Positions 25,724 to 37,155 are shown, counted from the first letter of the stretch. The stretch: 64,000 nt of DNA from Oopsacas minuta (GCA_024704765.1 JAKMXF010000321.1:1268321-1332320); one strand, 5' to 3'. The notes: generated from the sequence alone by a model not told the origin. Made by a program: numbers and translations.

Positions 25724-26770
25724 TATATTATTAAATCTCAATTGTTGTGTGTTTGTTGTGTGTTTGTTGTTTGTTTGTTTGTTTATTTGTTTGTCTGTTG
25801 TCAAGGAAAGGATTTACGGTATGCAATTTTGAAATTGTAACTATGTATTTATCGTGTTTATCAAGGAAGTAAATAGAATTCAATAAAACTTCCTAAATAT
25901 ATCGAACATGCTGAATCCGATTTTCATAATTTTGGATTAATCATATGTAAATGTATTGTTGTATTTATGCATATAAAGTAAACAAATTAGCCAAATTTCA
26001 AAATATACTTACAGGCTTGCTCACAACAGCTATAAAGGGGGTTAATCTTACAAAATAATTCAATAACATATATGCCATATGCGTATATTTGTCCATTACA
26101 TTGTTCTAAAATATATATATATTATAATACTCAAAGGGACCGTCAATTTGGAGACTAATGGATACCTCGAGGAGCAATTCGCTGAGTTCATCGTGAAACG
26201 ACGAGTCAAAGGCTCGTGTATATATGTATTATAAAGAGATTTCACATTCTATTTTCTACGAGAAAGTTACAAATCCATGGCTCTTTCACTTATGTAGCAA
26301 CCTAACTATATTTAACCTAACAAGCCTTTGACTCGTCGCTTCGCGATGAACTCGGCGTATTACGCCTCGAGGTATCCATTAGTCTCTAAATTGACGGCCC
26401 CTTTGAGTATTATAATATATATTTTAGAACAATGTAATTGACAAATATACGCATATGGCATATATGTTATTGAATTATTTTGTAAGATCAACCCCCTTTG
26501 TAGCCGTTGAGGGCTTGTATCTAAGTAAAGTTTGAGATTTTGCAATTTGTACCCTTTATATTCATAAAAACACCAATAAATTTACACATGATTAATCCAA
26601 AGTGTGATAATCGGATTCAGCTTGTTCAATATATTTAGTGAAGTTGTATTGAATTCTATTTACTTCCTTGATAAACACGATAAATACATAGTTATGCGAC
26701 AATTTCAAAATTGCATACCGTAAATCCTTTCCTTAAGAACGGGCAAACAAAATTGAGATTTAGTAATATA
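25724..26770. mobile_element. Large foldback element (about 480-bp inverted arms, about 100-bp loop)
   Basis: Arms are reverse complements over their whole length (e.g. GGAAAGGATTTACGGTATGCAATTTTGAAATTG vs CAATTTCAAAATTGCATACCGTAAATCCTTTCC); (TGTT)n tract in the left arm; a right-end fragment recurs at about 46057-46185. Confidence 0.85.
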
Positions 26771-26884
26771 AATTGTCGTTATGTTATTATACTCGAGGGA
26801 TACATGCATTAGTTCGAATTCTGGAGCTTGTTTATCTTATGTTTCATTATTAATTATCATATGTTGGGATTAAAAAATTCAATA

Positions 26885-28308
26885 CAGTGGAAGCCGCTTA
26901 ATCGGGACAGCTCGGGAGCAGGGATGTCCTGCTCTAATTATAAGTATGGGAGCGGTATTTCAAATTTCAAATTCAATTGAATATATCCTAATTTCTAATA
27001 CAAAATTCAAACAATATACCGGTAATTGAATTAATAAGATAAGTATGAATAATATCAAAGGTTTAGTAGTAAATCTGAAAATAGAGTGCTAACAAGTGAT
27101 TTAGTACCCAAGATTATTTAACCAATAATAGTTCCAAATTTCTTCTTGTTTATGGGGCTCAGAATATTATATTTCATCATTTTATATATCCTACATTCCA
27201 GAACACGTTGCTTATAATATAATTATTACTCAATTAAAAGAATCATTTGAAATAGATATTTTGTTTACGATTAACGCTAGATTCGGATAGAATAATACAT
27301 AGTTGATGTAAACTTCCCATTGTTCTTTAAAACAAGTACAATATATTCACGGCACTATAAACTAAACATTTGCTCTCTCAACTCGACTTAATTATATTTG
27401 GAACAAACTTCAATTTATTTCAAATATTGATTGTATGCTACTGTAGATATCAGGTATACAAATTCTCTAACTTGTGAAGTAATTGTGACTTCCCAATTTG
27501 ATTTGATAAAAAAAGTATGGGAGCGGCGCTCCCACTACCTAATAAACTATATGTGCGGCGCTCCCACCCGCTCCCACAGCAGGCACCACTGCTCTGGAGT
27601 CAATGTTTTGTCCCGATTAACCATTTATGATTATTTAAGTATTCAAAACTAGTTTTTCATGGTCACATTACTAGATATATCTTACTTCTATACTACTTAT
27701 CCTGATTTATCTCGGGTCTAGTAGAGATTTGGTTGTAGTAAGAGTATAGTTCCGCTTCCAGAGGTCATAAAATGCGTTACGATATTTACTTAGAAAGTAA
27801 GTAAATAAAATTTATATAATAATATACGTGCTTATTACTGTAACCAATGCAAAACGTTGGATATCCAACAATCTGGTCATTATTGAGGGAATTATACATG
27901 GTGGAATAGCCAATGGAACCTAAGGCGAGTGAGCAACGTTAATAATCTTAGTTTAGTAAATGGTAATCGGATCGGTGTTGTATTGTTATGGTTGTAGATA
28001 ATATTCAAATTCCTAGTTTTAAACAAGCCATTTTACAATGATTCTGAATAAATATACAATCGGTTAATTGGGGTAGAAATCCCAATTAAGCGAATATAAT
28101 TCATATTCTGTTAATCGGGATAAGAAATCCTGAATAACCGATTATGAACCTCCAAATATTCAGTTAATCAGGATAAAAAATCCCGATTAACCGATTCAAT
28201 GTCCCAATTATCCGACGATTTTTCTATGTAAAAATTCTGTCCCCAAACCATTGTCCCGTTTAAGCGGATATCCCGATTATCCGAGTCCTGATTAAGCGGC
28301 TTCCACTG
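26885..28308. mobile_element. Non-autonomous pogo-like element
   Basis: TA-flanked TIR CAGTGGAAGCCGCTTAATC / GATTAAGCGGCTTCCACTG; repeated AATCGGGA subterminal motifs. Confidence 0.75.
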
Positions 28309-28555
28309 TAGTATTAATAATATCCACTCAATTTGAGTGCATAGCTCATCGTTAATTCTGACAAGTGACAACTATTAATATTCTGACATTTGACTACATA
28401 AATTTCTGACAAAAGCAGCTTCCCCTAATTAAATCTACGGAATTTGACAACCCTGCTATAAAAAATTAGATAAGGAAACAATTACACAATATGTATTTGA
28501 ATTCTTCAGTAAATACAAAATAATAAACGTAAGCGAAAGTAATCAACGAGATATA

Positions 28556-31500
28556 TCATATAAATTCATGGTTCTCCATGTATGATATTCGATTTTTCTT
28601 GGTTGAGTAGGTTATTTCTCTCTGAATTCTTGCAATTTGTGGATCCCAGACAAGTAAGTAACTGTACTCGGCATTAATATTAACAAAATCGCTCGTTGAA
28701 AATTTAGAATAGAATCCTTTACCAGTAGTTAATATATATCTATTGTCGCCTAAACTATATCTCCCAAATGGCAAAGTCATTATATTAGAAATGTTCGAGG
28801 CATATCGTTGCGTGCAGAGAATAGGCTTTTGAGAAGATTGGTCTATTATGTAAAGATATCCGATATTTGTTCCTATCCATACAGAATCTTGTTTATTGTA
28901 AAACATTGAGGTTATCATGAGAAGGAATGTTGTATCAGCACGAATCCCAATCATAAATGAAGATATGTCGATGGTTCCTCTCTTCACTGGTTTTCGGATA
29001 TCCCATATTTCAATTTTGGACGATTTTAGTTCAAATGTCCATAAAGAATTATTAACAATTATGAACCCTCCAATTCTATATTGTGTAGAAATGTCCCATG
29101 TTCTCTCAAGAGATAAATCGGAAGGTTTCATCACATAAATTGTTTTGTTACTGCAAATCCATAGCCTTTGTTTTGAGATTTGAATTTGTTGTATTGGGTC
29201 AGTTGATATTTTAACGATATTTATAAGGTAGTTATCTTTGTTACTGTTAATTGCATGACCATTAATTTGTGCAATTTCCCCTCCAGTAGTACCCGCAAAC
29301 AACCTTTTCGTATCAGATGTAGAAGAAGCAAAGCAAAGCACAGCGTGGTGCAAAAAACGTAAGACATGTTTGAAACATTGTGTTGATCCATCATATACAC
29401 GAATTCCATCACAACTCCCCATAAGGATAGAATGACTGCCAACGCTAGTTATAGATAATATGGTAACGTCACATCCTAAATATTTTCCTTGTAATTTAGA
29501 GGTCATGTTTGATACATTGAGGACAGCTAATTGTGATTCATTCTCAACTTGGCTTACAATCCACAATTCGTTTGCATCTTCTCCGATATCATTTATGAAA
29601 TATCTTGTAGTCAAAACTTCCTGTTTACTAAACTGACAAATCGCTACACTTCTCTTAAGACTAAGAAAATCAGCTTCATGGAACTTTTCATATAATTGTT
29701 TGGCTGTTGGCCTCACAGTTGGATAGTATTGCAAGCAATTATCAATTAAATCCTGTAAATCAGGCCAAGAATCGTATCCATAGTGAAGCAGATCTTCGAT
29801 TGGTTTACCTTCTTCAATGGCACGATCAATTTCATTAACATATAACAGATCTTCGAAAGGTTGATGACCATTAGTAAATAAACCATAGACAAGCATACCG
29901 AAAGAATAAATATCTGTACTCTCGGTATAAGATTCTTTAGAGTAACGAACTCTCAACATCTCTGGAGACTTATACCCAGAAGTGCCAATATCTGCATAGA
30001 GTCCAGCTTTAGTAACTACGCAAGCGATTCCAAAATCTATCAGTTTTACATGAATAGAATTTTGAGAAAGTGAAAAAACCATTACATTATCGGGCTTTAG
30101 ATCTCTATAAATAATATTTTTGGAATGAATATATGACAAAGCGCTAAGAATTTGCATAGAAATTGAATGTTTCACAAGCGGAGTTATACTAGGTTCTTGT
30201 TGAAACCTTGAGAGAGATCCATATTTAGCATATTCAATTAACAGTTTAACATCAATATCAACAGAAATACCAATAATTCCTATAACGTTAGGATGTTTCA
30301 GTTTCTTAAGAATATTGAATTCTCTTCGCAACATATGATGTGGTGTTATTTCATCAATTGTCGCTGAGAATAATTTAAGTGCAATTGTTCTAGACCTATA
30401 CACTGCTTTGTATACTTCTCCAAACCCTCCTCTGCCCAACAGGGCTGCAGGATTTTGAAAATCTATCTCAAGATCTGAGCTCTTAATTTGAAGTTCGTGA
30501 TCAAGGTCAAGAAATTGTAGATCAGGGATTAAATAGTCTAATAATATTGATTTGTCTGTTTTAGGGCAAATGATAAAATTGTTTAGTTTCCAAGCTTCGA
30601 GGCACTCATGTATAGAGTATTCATTATTATCAGCGACACATAATGGACAAGGAACTGAAAACTGAATTTTTTGTGATCCATTTCGGACATTGATATCTTT
30701 GAGCTCAGGAAATCTTTCATCTATTAGTACATCCAAATGGTCTACTATTTCTCCCAATAATATATACCCTTGTTTATTTCTACAAACGATAATATCAAAA
30801 CAGTTTTCTTGTGAAACGAGGGTCTCGACAATGAGGAATGTATCTTGATTCCATAAAAAATATATTCCTTTTTGCCAAACTTCGACTTGTGGTCGTAAAT
30901 CGAGAATATTTGTGTGGACTATGATTTGGGAGAGGAAATGACCCCAAAATGTTATGGGCGTGTAAGCCATTCGAATCCTCCTGGTAATCAATGTGCTTAG
31001 ACATAGGAAAGGGAGTTTCTTTACTGGTTTTAAGATTGTTAAACCCAATGGTATGAATACTTCATTTTGTGTGGTTGGAATAACAAAATTTACGATCTCA
31101 AGTAACTTCATGTATACATGAATATACATGACTGGAAAGGCAGGTGGTCGAAAGAGATATTCAATGCACATTTCATGTAAAATTGCGTTTTTATTCAGGT
31201 AAGGATTGGGACATGGCAAATCAAATATTTTATCGGTTAAGCTTAGAATCCAGTTTGGGTTAAACACATACAATTTTTCAGGGATAGTGAAAGCACTGGA
31301 ATATATATAGACTGTGTTATTTTGATTCAAGAAGATCATCACTTGTTCTACTTCATCTTTAGTGAATTTATTGTTCAATCTAGAAGCAGAGATAATAGTT
31401 AAAATCTGGTTATGTGTCAAAACAGGAAAATCATTCTCCATTAATCTAATTCGTTCTTTAAATAATATATTCTCTAATGCTGCGTAATTTTCAGGGATCA

Positions 31501-34500
31501 TATTTCCTAGTAGTTTGTCTCCACGAATACTCGTGGTTTCCAATAGCTCTAATACATTCGCTTTGAAAGTAGATGTGTCCAAATGATACTCATGTAAACA
31601 CATATTCATTGTCTTAACACTTTCTGGGTATCCTGGTAATTCGAGCATCTCTCTAATGGTTGAGTAAACTGAGGCTGCTTGGTGAATACAACATTTATTT
31701 AGGCCGGTACATATTCCAACAAGAAGACAAAGAGCTCTAGGAGCTGCAGAATGAATTGCTAATATCCATGGCTGTATTTTCAAAGCAAACTCTGAGCCAT
31801 CAATTATGTCGTATGGTATTAAATATAATGTTCTCTCTGTGAAGAATGTTTGGTAGGTTGACAAATAGCGCAAGTTATTAGTAAAATTCCATATTTGAAT
31901 AACCATCGCTTCATTCAAATTATGTGAGTATCTCCACTCTCTTATTACAATATTTGAACTTACAACTTTATCAGGAGAATTTTTAGGGGAACAAAAGTTT
32001 AGGAAAATCTTTTGTTTAACCTTACTACTTGGCCCGAGAAAGAATATTTGGGCTCTGTTTCTTGAAACAGAGTTGTGAATTCTCGCCTGAAAATATTTCA
32101 AAATTGCTCTTGTCTTCCTACCACGAAGTGTTACTTCGAGGTTATTCAACCCAGATAGATTGAGAGCAAAGAGATTGTATAATTTTCCCACTTCTAATGG
32201 TACTTTAGCAACACTTGCATTATGACTGATATCCAAAAGTTTAAGACTAGTAAGCAGTCCTATTTCTTTTGGTATGTTCTTTAATTTGTTGTGACTAAGA
32301 TTAATTCTCTCAATTAGAGGCCAGAATTGGCAACAATCTTCGTGAAGGTGGAAAAATGTTATTTGATTGTTAGACAATATTAAATCCTTAAGTTTCCTTG
32401 AATCCCATTGTCTGGGCGATGGGCAATTCAACAATCCACATGAGCTCATATCCAGATTTCTTAATTTGGGTAGACTTGTGATAAATTTGGGAATTCTCCC
32501 ATGTTCAGTACCAACAGAGAAATCATTTCTTGACATTTTTACTACTTCAAGCATATGCATGTGTACACTAATATCATCTGGAAGTGATTCGAGTTGATTA
32601 TTTGATGCAATAATAGATTCCAGGTTTGAGCAATTAAAGAGAAAATTAGGAGGAATAGTTACCAGTTTGTTATCAGATACGTCTAGATATTTTAAGAATA
32701 TGAACCTACAATGTAACTCTGGTAACTGTAGAATTTGGTTTTTACTAATAATGAGAGTTTCTAAATAAGGAAAATTTTTTCCCAAATATTCAGGAATCAA
32801 TTCCAATCTGTTATTTGACACGTTTAGAATTTTAAGATACGAAAATCCGTCCAATGTTGGAATTGAAGTGAGATTGTTATTCATGATATTCAGATGTTGG
32901 AGGGATTGTGGTAACAAAGATTCAATAGGGAATTGTACAAAATTATTACTACTCAGATTTAGATCAATGAGTGAAGTAAATTTTTCAAACACTTCTGATT
33001 CTAGAGATGAAAGCTCATTCCCATGTAAATCAAGTAATCTTAAACCTGATAAATTATTGTAAAATTGAACTTTATTGTGATATAGATCTGCAAAGATAAA
33101 TTTTGGCAGTCTATTGTTCGACAATATTAACTTAATTAATGTATAATCTAATACTTTTCTGTGTCTGTTGGAATCCTTAAATTTCTTAAATGGGGGTTTA
33201 TTCTTACTTGAAGATTGAATATTCTTACCAAAGGTTTCTCTGGATTCATCCAAATTTTCCATCACCTGGACAAATCGTGAATGTCTCAAATCAGTTGGTT
33301 GTTGTGGCCTTAGACCCCATAATTCTTCAGAAGAGGTATTGTAACATTCATTCATAGAATCATCTGAATCACTCGCATAATATGGATTTTCAATTGCAGA
33401 ATCATTTACACTGGAACCGTTAGGTTGGGGATCAAAACAATTTTTGCTTAGCTTATTGGATATTGACAAGGAAGTAGGGCTAATTGGCTGGAAAAGAGTA
33501 TTCCCTTTTTGTTCTCGTGTATATTTTTGTGAGTTCCCATAAAGATCGCTATATTCTTTGATATTTTTCATTATAAGCTTAGGTTCTTGTTGTTTCTGTA
33601 TTGAGTATTTGAGAAACTGTTTGTTAGATTTGTTTATCATGTCATCTAGACAATTCGCACTAATTGAGTTTTCTAATCCACACTTTGAATATCTTCGATT
33701 GTGTTCAAAAGGGCCTAGTGATGAAATACATAATCCTCCAATATCAATATTAGAATTATCTTTGGGTAGAAGTGAATTAAACATGACATCCTTAATTGGG
33801 GTAATGCTACCTCTTTTATCTTCGTTTGATCTTTTGATTAAGTCTGGATGATGATGATGTAAATTTCCCATGAATGCAGAATCTTCTGATTTATTTTGAG
33901 ACATCCTACATGAATTATCATTGAGAGTGAAGTGGGAATTACTGGTTCTCTGTTCAGAAATATCAAGTGACTTCTCACATTCGCTGCTACACAAAAGAAG
34001 ATCCCCATATTTCTTTCGCAATTGAAAATGAGTGCTCACATAAGAAAATGATCCTTTGGTATTCGAGTGAATGAGATGCCTGGGGAATTCAATCGATCGT
34101 ATATTAAATAATGTTTCGAACCATTGAGCTCGAATTGATTCTAAATTCATCCCATTCATGTGTATCTCACCGAAGGTTTCTCTATTTTGAGACATATGGG
34201 CAACCAAAGTACTGACAATTTCGTGCCTATTTAGGTCGCATGCATACTTAAATGCACTTTGTATATCTGAAGCCCCTTTGGCTAAGAGATAATTTGTAAT
34301 TTCGTTACTATTATTAAATACTGCAATGCAGAGAGGAGTATCATTTCCGATTCCATAATTTACATCAGCCCCTAAGTCAATCAATAAAAATACTCCTTCA
34401 TTGATTTTATCTTTTATTGCTTTTAAAAGTAGTTGATTTTTGAAGTCCCTAACGCAACTGACTGTATACAATATTTCTGAAGTTAGTTCTAAGATGCTAA

Positions 34501-36319
34501 GAACCAATTTACTAGAAGATTGGTCTGAAGTCATTAAAATATTGAATATTATAGAATGTAGTCCTTGATTGATAAACTCTTGTGCAATTTGTGATGATAA
34601 TTCACAAAGTTTTTGAATGCATGCCAGTATTTCTGTGAGTAATTCTTCATTCTCATTACTTAATTCACAGTATATAAAGATTATTTCACAAAATTTTGCA
34701 GTTTGATTTGGTGTAAAAATTATCTCTTGAGATAACAATGTAATCAGAAAGAAAGTTTTTTTCACAAGATCTACTTGAATACAGGACTTAAGATAATCCA
34801 ATATTGTTATAATATATTCAATACAATTAGCTTTAACTAACTTAGAGAAAAATCCATGATCTGCAATGTGAATTAAAATATCTAAACCATAGTTGAAGAC
34901 TTTCTGATATCTTGTAAATTCAGAAACATTATTCATGATAATAGATATGATTGAAATTTGTAAATTGGAGTTTATCGCATCTTGGCAAAGCAATCTACTT
35001 TCCATCATCAATGAGACAAAACGAAATATCTCCTCTAGCACATCTACAATTTTATCATGTTTCTGTATTATTGTTGATAAATGTTGTAAAACGAGACAAT
35101 CATGCATGTGAGGGATCATGTCTTTGTACTTTTCGCAAAGATGTTTGAAGCGTTTTAAACAAGCTTTAAGTAATTCTGAGTATCCATCAGTATTCAAAGT
35201 ATCTAATTTATCACAATGGTCTTTAATAGCGGACATTATAGCTAAAAATACTCCACTATCTTTCAATAGATCTTTAATTTTTTCTGAATAGATTGCCAAA
35301 CAGTATACCGCAGTTGTAGCCATTTGTAATGTTTCAAGATATGCGCTATAGAGCATAACTGCAAAAACAACAGCCTTATGAATAGGCACTTCATTATCAA
35401 TTGTGTGGATGCCGATATAATTGACAGCTTCAGGGCGAGCAGTGAGAATGTGGGCAATTGCTTCGCATCCCAGAATTTGAATGCTATTAAAATTGTTGAA
35501 TTCCGACATAATAGAATCGATAAGAGATATCCACTTTAAAACATTCCTATCCAGCTTGTTCATCAGTGTAGCTTCACAATTGTGGTTGAATATTTTCATA
35601 ATAATAGAAATTAGATCAAAATTTTGTTTGAAATCTTGAGCAGTTTTGAAAGTTAAATCCATTATTTCAGTATTAGGAGTCATAGAGCATTCTTTAGAGA
35701 ATCTCAGTAAAGCCGCACATGATGCTAATTGCACCATCTCAACGTTTGAGAAAAGATGCATGGCACCGAGTACTTCGGGTATCATAAGAGAAATCGATTT
35801 GTTCCTCTGCCTAAAATCACTGAGAGCAAGTACTGATATAATGTTACAATTTATTACAGTTAAATTCTTGCAAGGAAGGACTCTTTTCGAGTGCTTAACA
35901 TTCTTCAATAAGGTAGATATTAAGTTTTCTTGTTTTTCTGTAAAAGATCCCTTCTCACAATATTCATCAGATATCAAAGCTGCTATAGATTGGTAGCCAT
36001 ATATTTGTAATTTAAGATTCAATCCACTCCCATTTAAGATTTTGATAATTTGGAATATTGACTCACAGTCAACCACGTGTTTGTTGGTTACTTCAAGTTC
36101 TGCGAGGGCAGATAAAAATTTCATTATTAAGACGTTGACGGACTTGTTTTCTTCATGAATCTCAACTACACAAATGAAGTTTGTATAAGTTGCGCAAGTG
36201 AATATAACATTTTGGAAAATAGAAAGAGAATCAATCGAATTGCATGTATACCAACAGACGCCAAAGTTTGTGCGACATTTATTACGTGTAAATCTTTCAA
36301 AAAACAAAAACATATTCAA
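28556..36319 (-). CDS. LRRK2: Leucine-rich repeat kinase 2 (Roco family): ARM-ANK-LRR-ROC-COR-kinase-WD40; 5' end probably incomplete
   Basis: 2587-aa ORF. ARM segment SIQILGCEAI...PIHKAVVFAVMLYS aligns to human HVQEAACWAL...PAHREVMLSMLMHS; ANK LLIDLGADVN; LRRs (LILSNNRL, LDLHGNEL); COR MAYTPITFW vs MPYFPMGFW; kinase GRGGFG, IALK, YRDLKPDN, DFG, SPE; C-terminal WD40-like repeats. The ARM region favours LRRK2 over LRRK1. Confidence 0.93.
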   Translation of the reverse strand: MNMFLFFERFTRNKCRTNFGVCWYTCNSIDSLSIFQNVIFTCATYTNFICVVEIHEENKSVNVLIMKFLSALAELEVTNKHVVDCESIFQIIKILNGSGLNLKLQIYGYQSIAALISDEYCEKGSFTEKQENLISTLLKNVKHSKRVLPCKNLTVINCNIISVLALSDFRQRNKSISLMIPEVLGAMHLFSNVEMVQLASCAALLRFSKECSMTPNTEIMDLTFKTAQDFKQNFDLISIIMKIFNHNCEATLMNKLDRNVLKWISLIDSIMSEFNNFNSIQILGCEAIAHILTARPEAVNYIGIHTIDNEVPIHKAVVFAVMLYSAYLETLQMATTAVYCLAIYSEKIKDLLKDSGVFLAIMSAIKDHCDKLDTLNTDGYSELLKACLKRFKHLCEKYKDMIPHMHDCLVLQHLSTIIQKHDKIVDVLEEIFRFVSLMMESRLLCQDAINSNLQISIISIIMNNVSEFTRYQKVFNYGLDILIHIADHGFFSKLVKANCIEYIITILDYLKSCIQVDLVKKTFFLITLLSQEIIFTPNQTAKFCEIIFIYCELSNENEELLTEILACIQKLCELSSQIAQEFINQGLHSIIFNILMTSDQSSSKLVLSILELTSEILYTVSCVRDFKNQLLLKAIKDKINEGVFLLIDLGADVNYGIGNDTPLCIAVFNNSNEITNYLLAKGASDIQSAFKYACDLNRHEIVSTLVAHMSQNRETFGEIHMNGMNLESIRAQWFETLFNIRSIEFPRHLIHSNTKGSFSYVSTHFQLRKKYGDLLLCSSECEKSLDISEQRTSNSHFTLNDNSCRMSQNKSEDSAFMGNLHHHHPDLIKRSNEDKRGSITPIKDVMFNSLLPKDNSNIDIGGLCISSLGPFEHNRRYSKCGLENSISANCLDDMINKSNKQFLKYSIQKQQEPKLIMKNIKEYSDLYGNSQKYTREQKGNTLFQPISPTSLSISNKLSKNCFDPQPNGSSVNDSAIENPYYASDSDDSMNECYNTSSEELWGLRPQQPTDLRHSRFVQVMENLDESRETFGKNIQSSSKNKPPFKKFKDSNRHRKVLDYTLIKLILSNNRLPKFIFADLYHNKVQFYNNLSGLRLLDLHGNELSSLESEVFEKFTSLIDLNLSSNNFVQFPIESLLPQSLQHLNIMNNNLTSIPTLDGFSYLKILNVSNNRLELIPEYLGKNFPYLETLIISKNQILQLPELHCRFIFLKYLDVSDNKLVTIPPNFLFNCSNLESIIASNNQLESLPDDISVHMHMLEVVKMSRNDFSVGTEHGRIPKFITSLPKLRNLDMSSCGLLNCPSPRQWDSRKLKDLILSNNQITFFHLHEDCCQFWPLIERINLSHNKLKNIPKEIGLLTSLKLLDISHNASVAKVPLEVGKLYNLFALNLSGLNNLEVTLRGRKTRAILKYFQARIHNSVSRNRAQIFFLGPSSKVKQKIFLNFCSPKNSPDKVVSSNIVIREWRYSHNLNEAMVIQIWNFTNNLRYLSTYQTFFTERTLYLIPYDIIDGSEFALKIQPWILAIHSAAPRALCLLVGICTGLNKCCIHQAASVYSTIREMLELPGYPESVKTMNMCLHEYHLDTSTFKANVLELLETTSIRGDKLLGNMIPENYAALENILFKERIRLMENDFPVLTHNQILTIISASRLNNKFTKDEVEQVMIFLNQNNTVYIYSSAFTIPEKLYVFNPNWILSLTDKIFDLPCPNPYLNKNAILHEMCIEYLFRPPAFPVMYIHVYMKLLEIVNFVIPTTQNEVFIPLGLTILKPVKKLPFLCLSTLITRRIRMAYTPITFWGHFLSQIIVHTNILDLRPQVEVWQKGIYFLWNQDTFLIVETLVSQENCFDIIVCRNKQGYILLGEIVDHLDVLIDERFPELKDINVRNGSQKIQFSVPCPLCVADNNEYSIHECLEAWKLNNFIICPKTDKSILLDYLIPDLQFLDLDHELQIKSSDLEIDFQNPAALLGRGGFGEVYKAVYRSRTIALKLFSATIDEITPHHMLRREFNILKKLKHPNVIGIIGISVDIDVKLLIEYAKYGSLSRFQQEPSITPLVKHSISMQILSALSYIHSKNIIYRDLKPDNVMVFSLSQNSIHVKLIDFGIACVVTKAGLYADIGTSGYKSPEMLRVRYSKESYTESTDIYSFGMLVYGLFTNGHQPFEDLLYVNEIDRAIEEGKPIEDLLHYGYDSWPDLQDLIDNCLQYYPTVRPTAKQLYEKFHEADFLSLKRSVAICQFSKQEVLTTRYFINDIGEDANELWIVSQVENESQLAVLNVSNMTSKLQGKYLGCDVTILSITSVGSHSILMGSCDGIRVYDGSTQCFKHVLRFLHHAVLCFASSTSDTKRLFAGTTGGEIAQINGHAINSNKDNYLINIVKISTDPIQQIQISKQRLWICSNKTIYVMKPSDLSLERTWDISTQYRIGGFIIVNNSLWTFELKSSKIEIWDIRKPVKRGTIDISSFMIGIRADTTFLLMITSMFYNKQDSVWIGTNIGYLYIIDQSSQKPILCTQRYASNISNIMTLPFGRYSLGDNRYILTTGKGFYSKFSTSDFVNINAEYSYLLVWDPQIARIQREITYSTKKNRISYMENHEFI

Positions 36320-36503
36320 ATACCTTAGTTACACAATAATTTATAGATTCTCTTGCACTTTAACTGACAATTGTTAGTAGAATCCACTTGAATGTGCACA
36401 TTTGAAATGATTCCAATAAGGATAATGTACAGATGGCTTGGGTAAAGATGCAAAGAAATTAAGTAGAAAGATGATTGGCATTGATAAGATAGTTTATACC
36501 TAT

Positions 36504-37155
36504 TTAGAAACCTTTAAACTTTCTACGTACAGTTGAAATCGGAGTATTTTCTCCATTTGATTGCACTGCCAAAACAATACTTTTAATCTTCGCTCTGAAC
36601 TTAAATTGTGCCAATTGAGGAATTTTGGGTAATGAGTGATAGACTTTATATCCATAAAAGTTGTCAGCCAATCTATCGTACAGGTTTGATCTCAATTTGA
36701 ACATCATGGAATAAACTTCGGGATTGAATCTTATTATTCTCATGTTTTTTGAGAGATTGCTGAAATACATTCATATAGTATGTATGAAATTGATAAAACA
36801 TTCCCTAAAATATTATTCGCCATCACCATCTAATTGATGTTCTTGGTCTTTGATAATTTCCCATACATTTCGGACACTCTTCCTGGAAAGTTTCAAGAAG
36901 TAGACATCCACAGGAGGCAGCTTTCTCTGGTAGATATGTAATTACTTCATTAATATCACAACCAAAAATAGTGTCACAAAGTTCAACAAATGCTTGGCAA
37001 GAATGACTTTTCAGACTAAGCTTGTGAGGAATATATTCTTCAGCAATTTGCTTACAGATTTGAATCTTCTGAGCATAATAATGCAAACTCTGCACGAAAC
37101 CAAAAGATGAGAGTAACCAAACCCAATTTGTTGAGAAAAAATATATAAAGCACAA
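36504..37155 (-). CDS. Candidate upstream exon(s) of LRRK2 (ORFs 36823-37155 and 36504-36770)
   Basis: GCLLLETFQEECPKCM resembles human LRRK2 N-terminal GWSLLCKLIEVCPGTM; same strand and adjacent to the main ORF, which lacks about 100-160 N-terminal ARM residues. Splice sites not resolved. Confidence 0.4.

Noticed and set aside
28917-35996. Short ORFs overlapping LRRK2, and antisense ORFs over the transposases
   Set aside because: Shadow ORFs from the opposite strand or alternative frames of real coding sequence.
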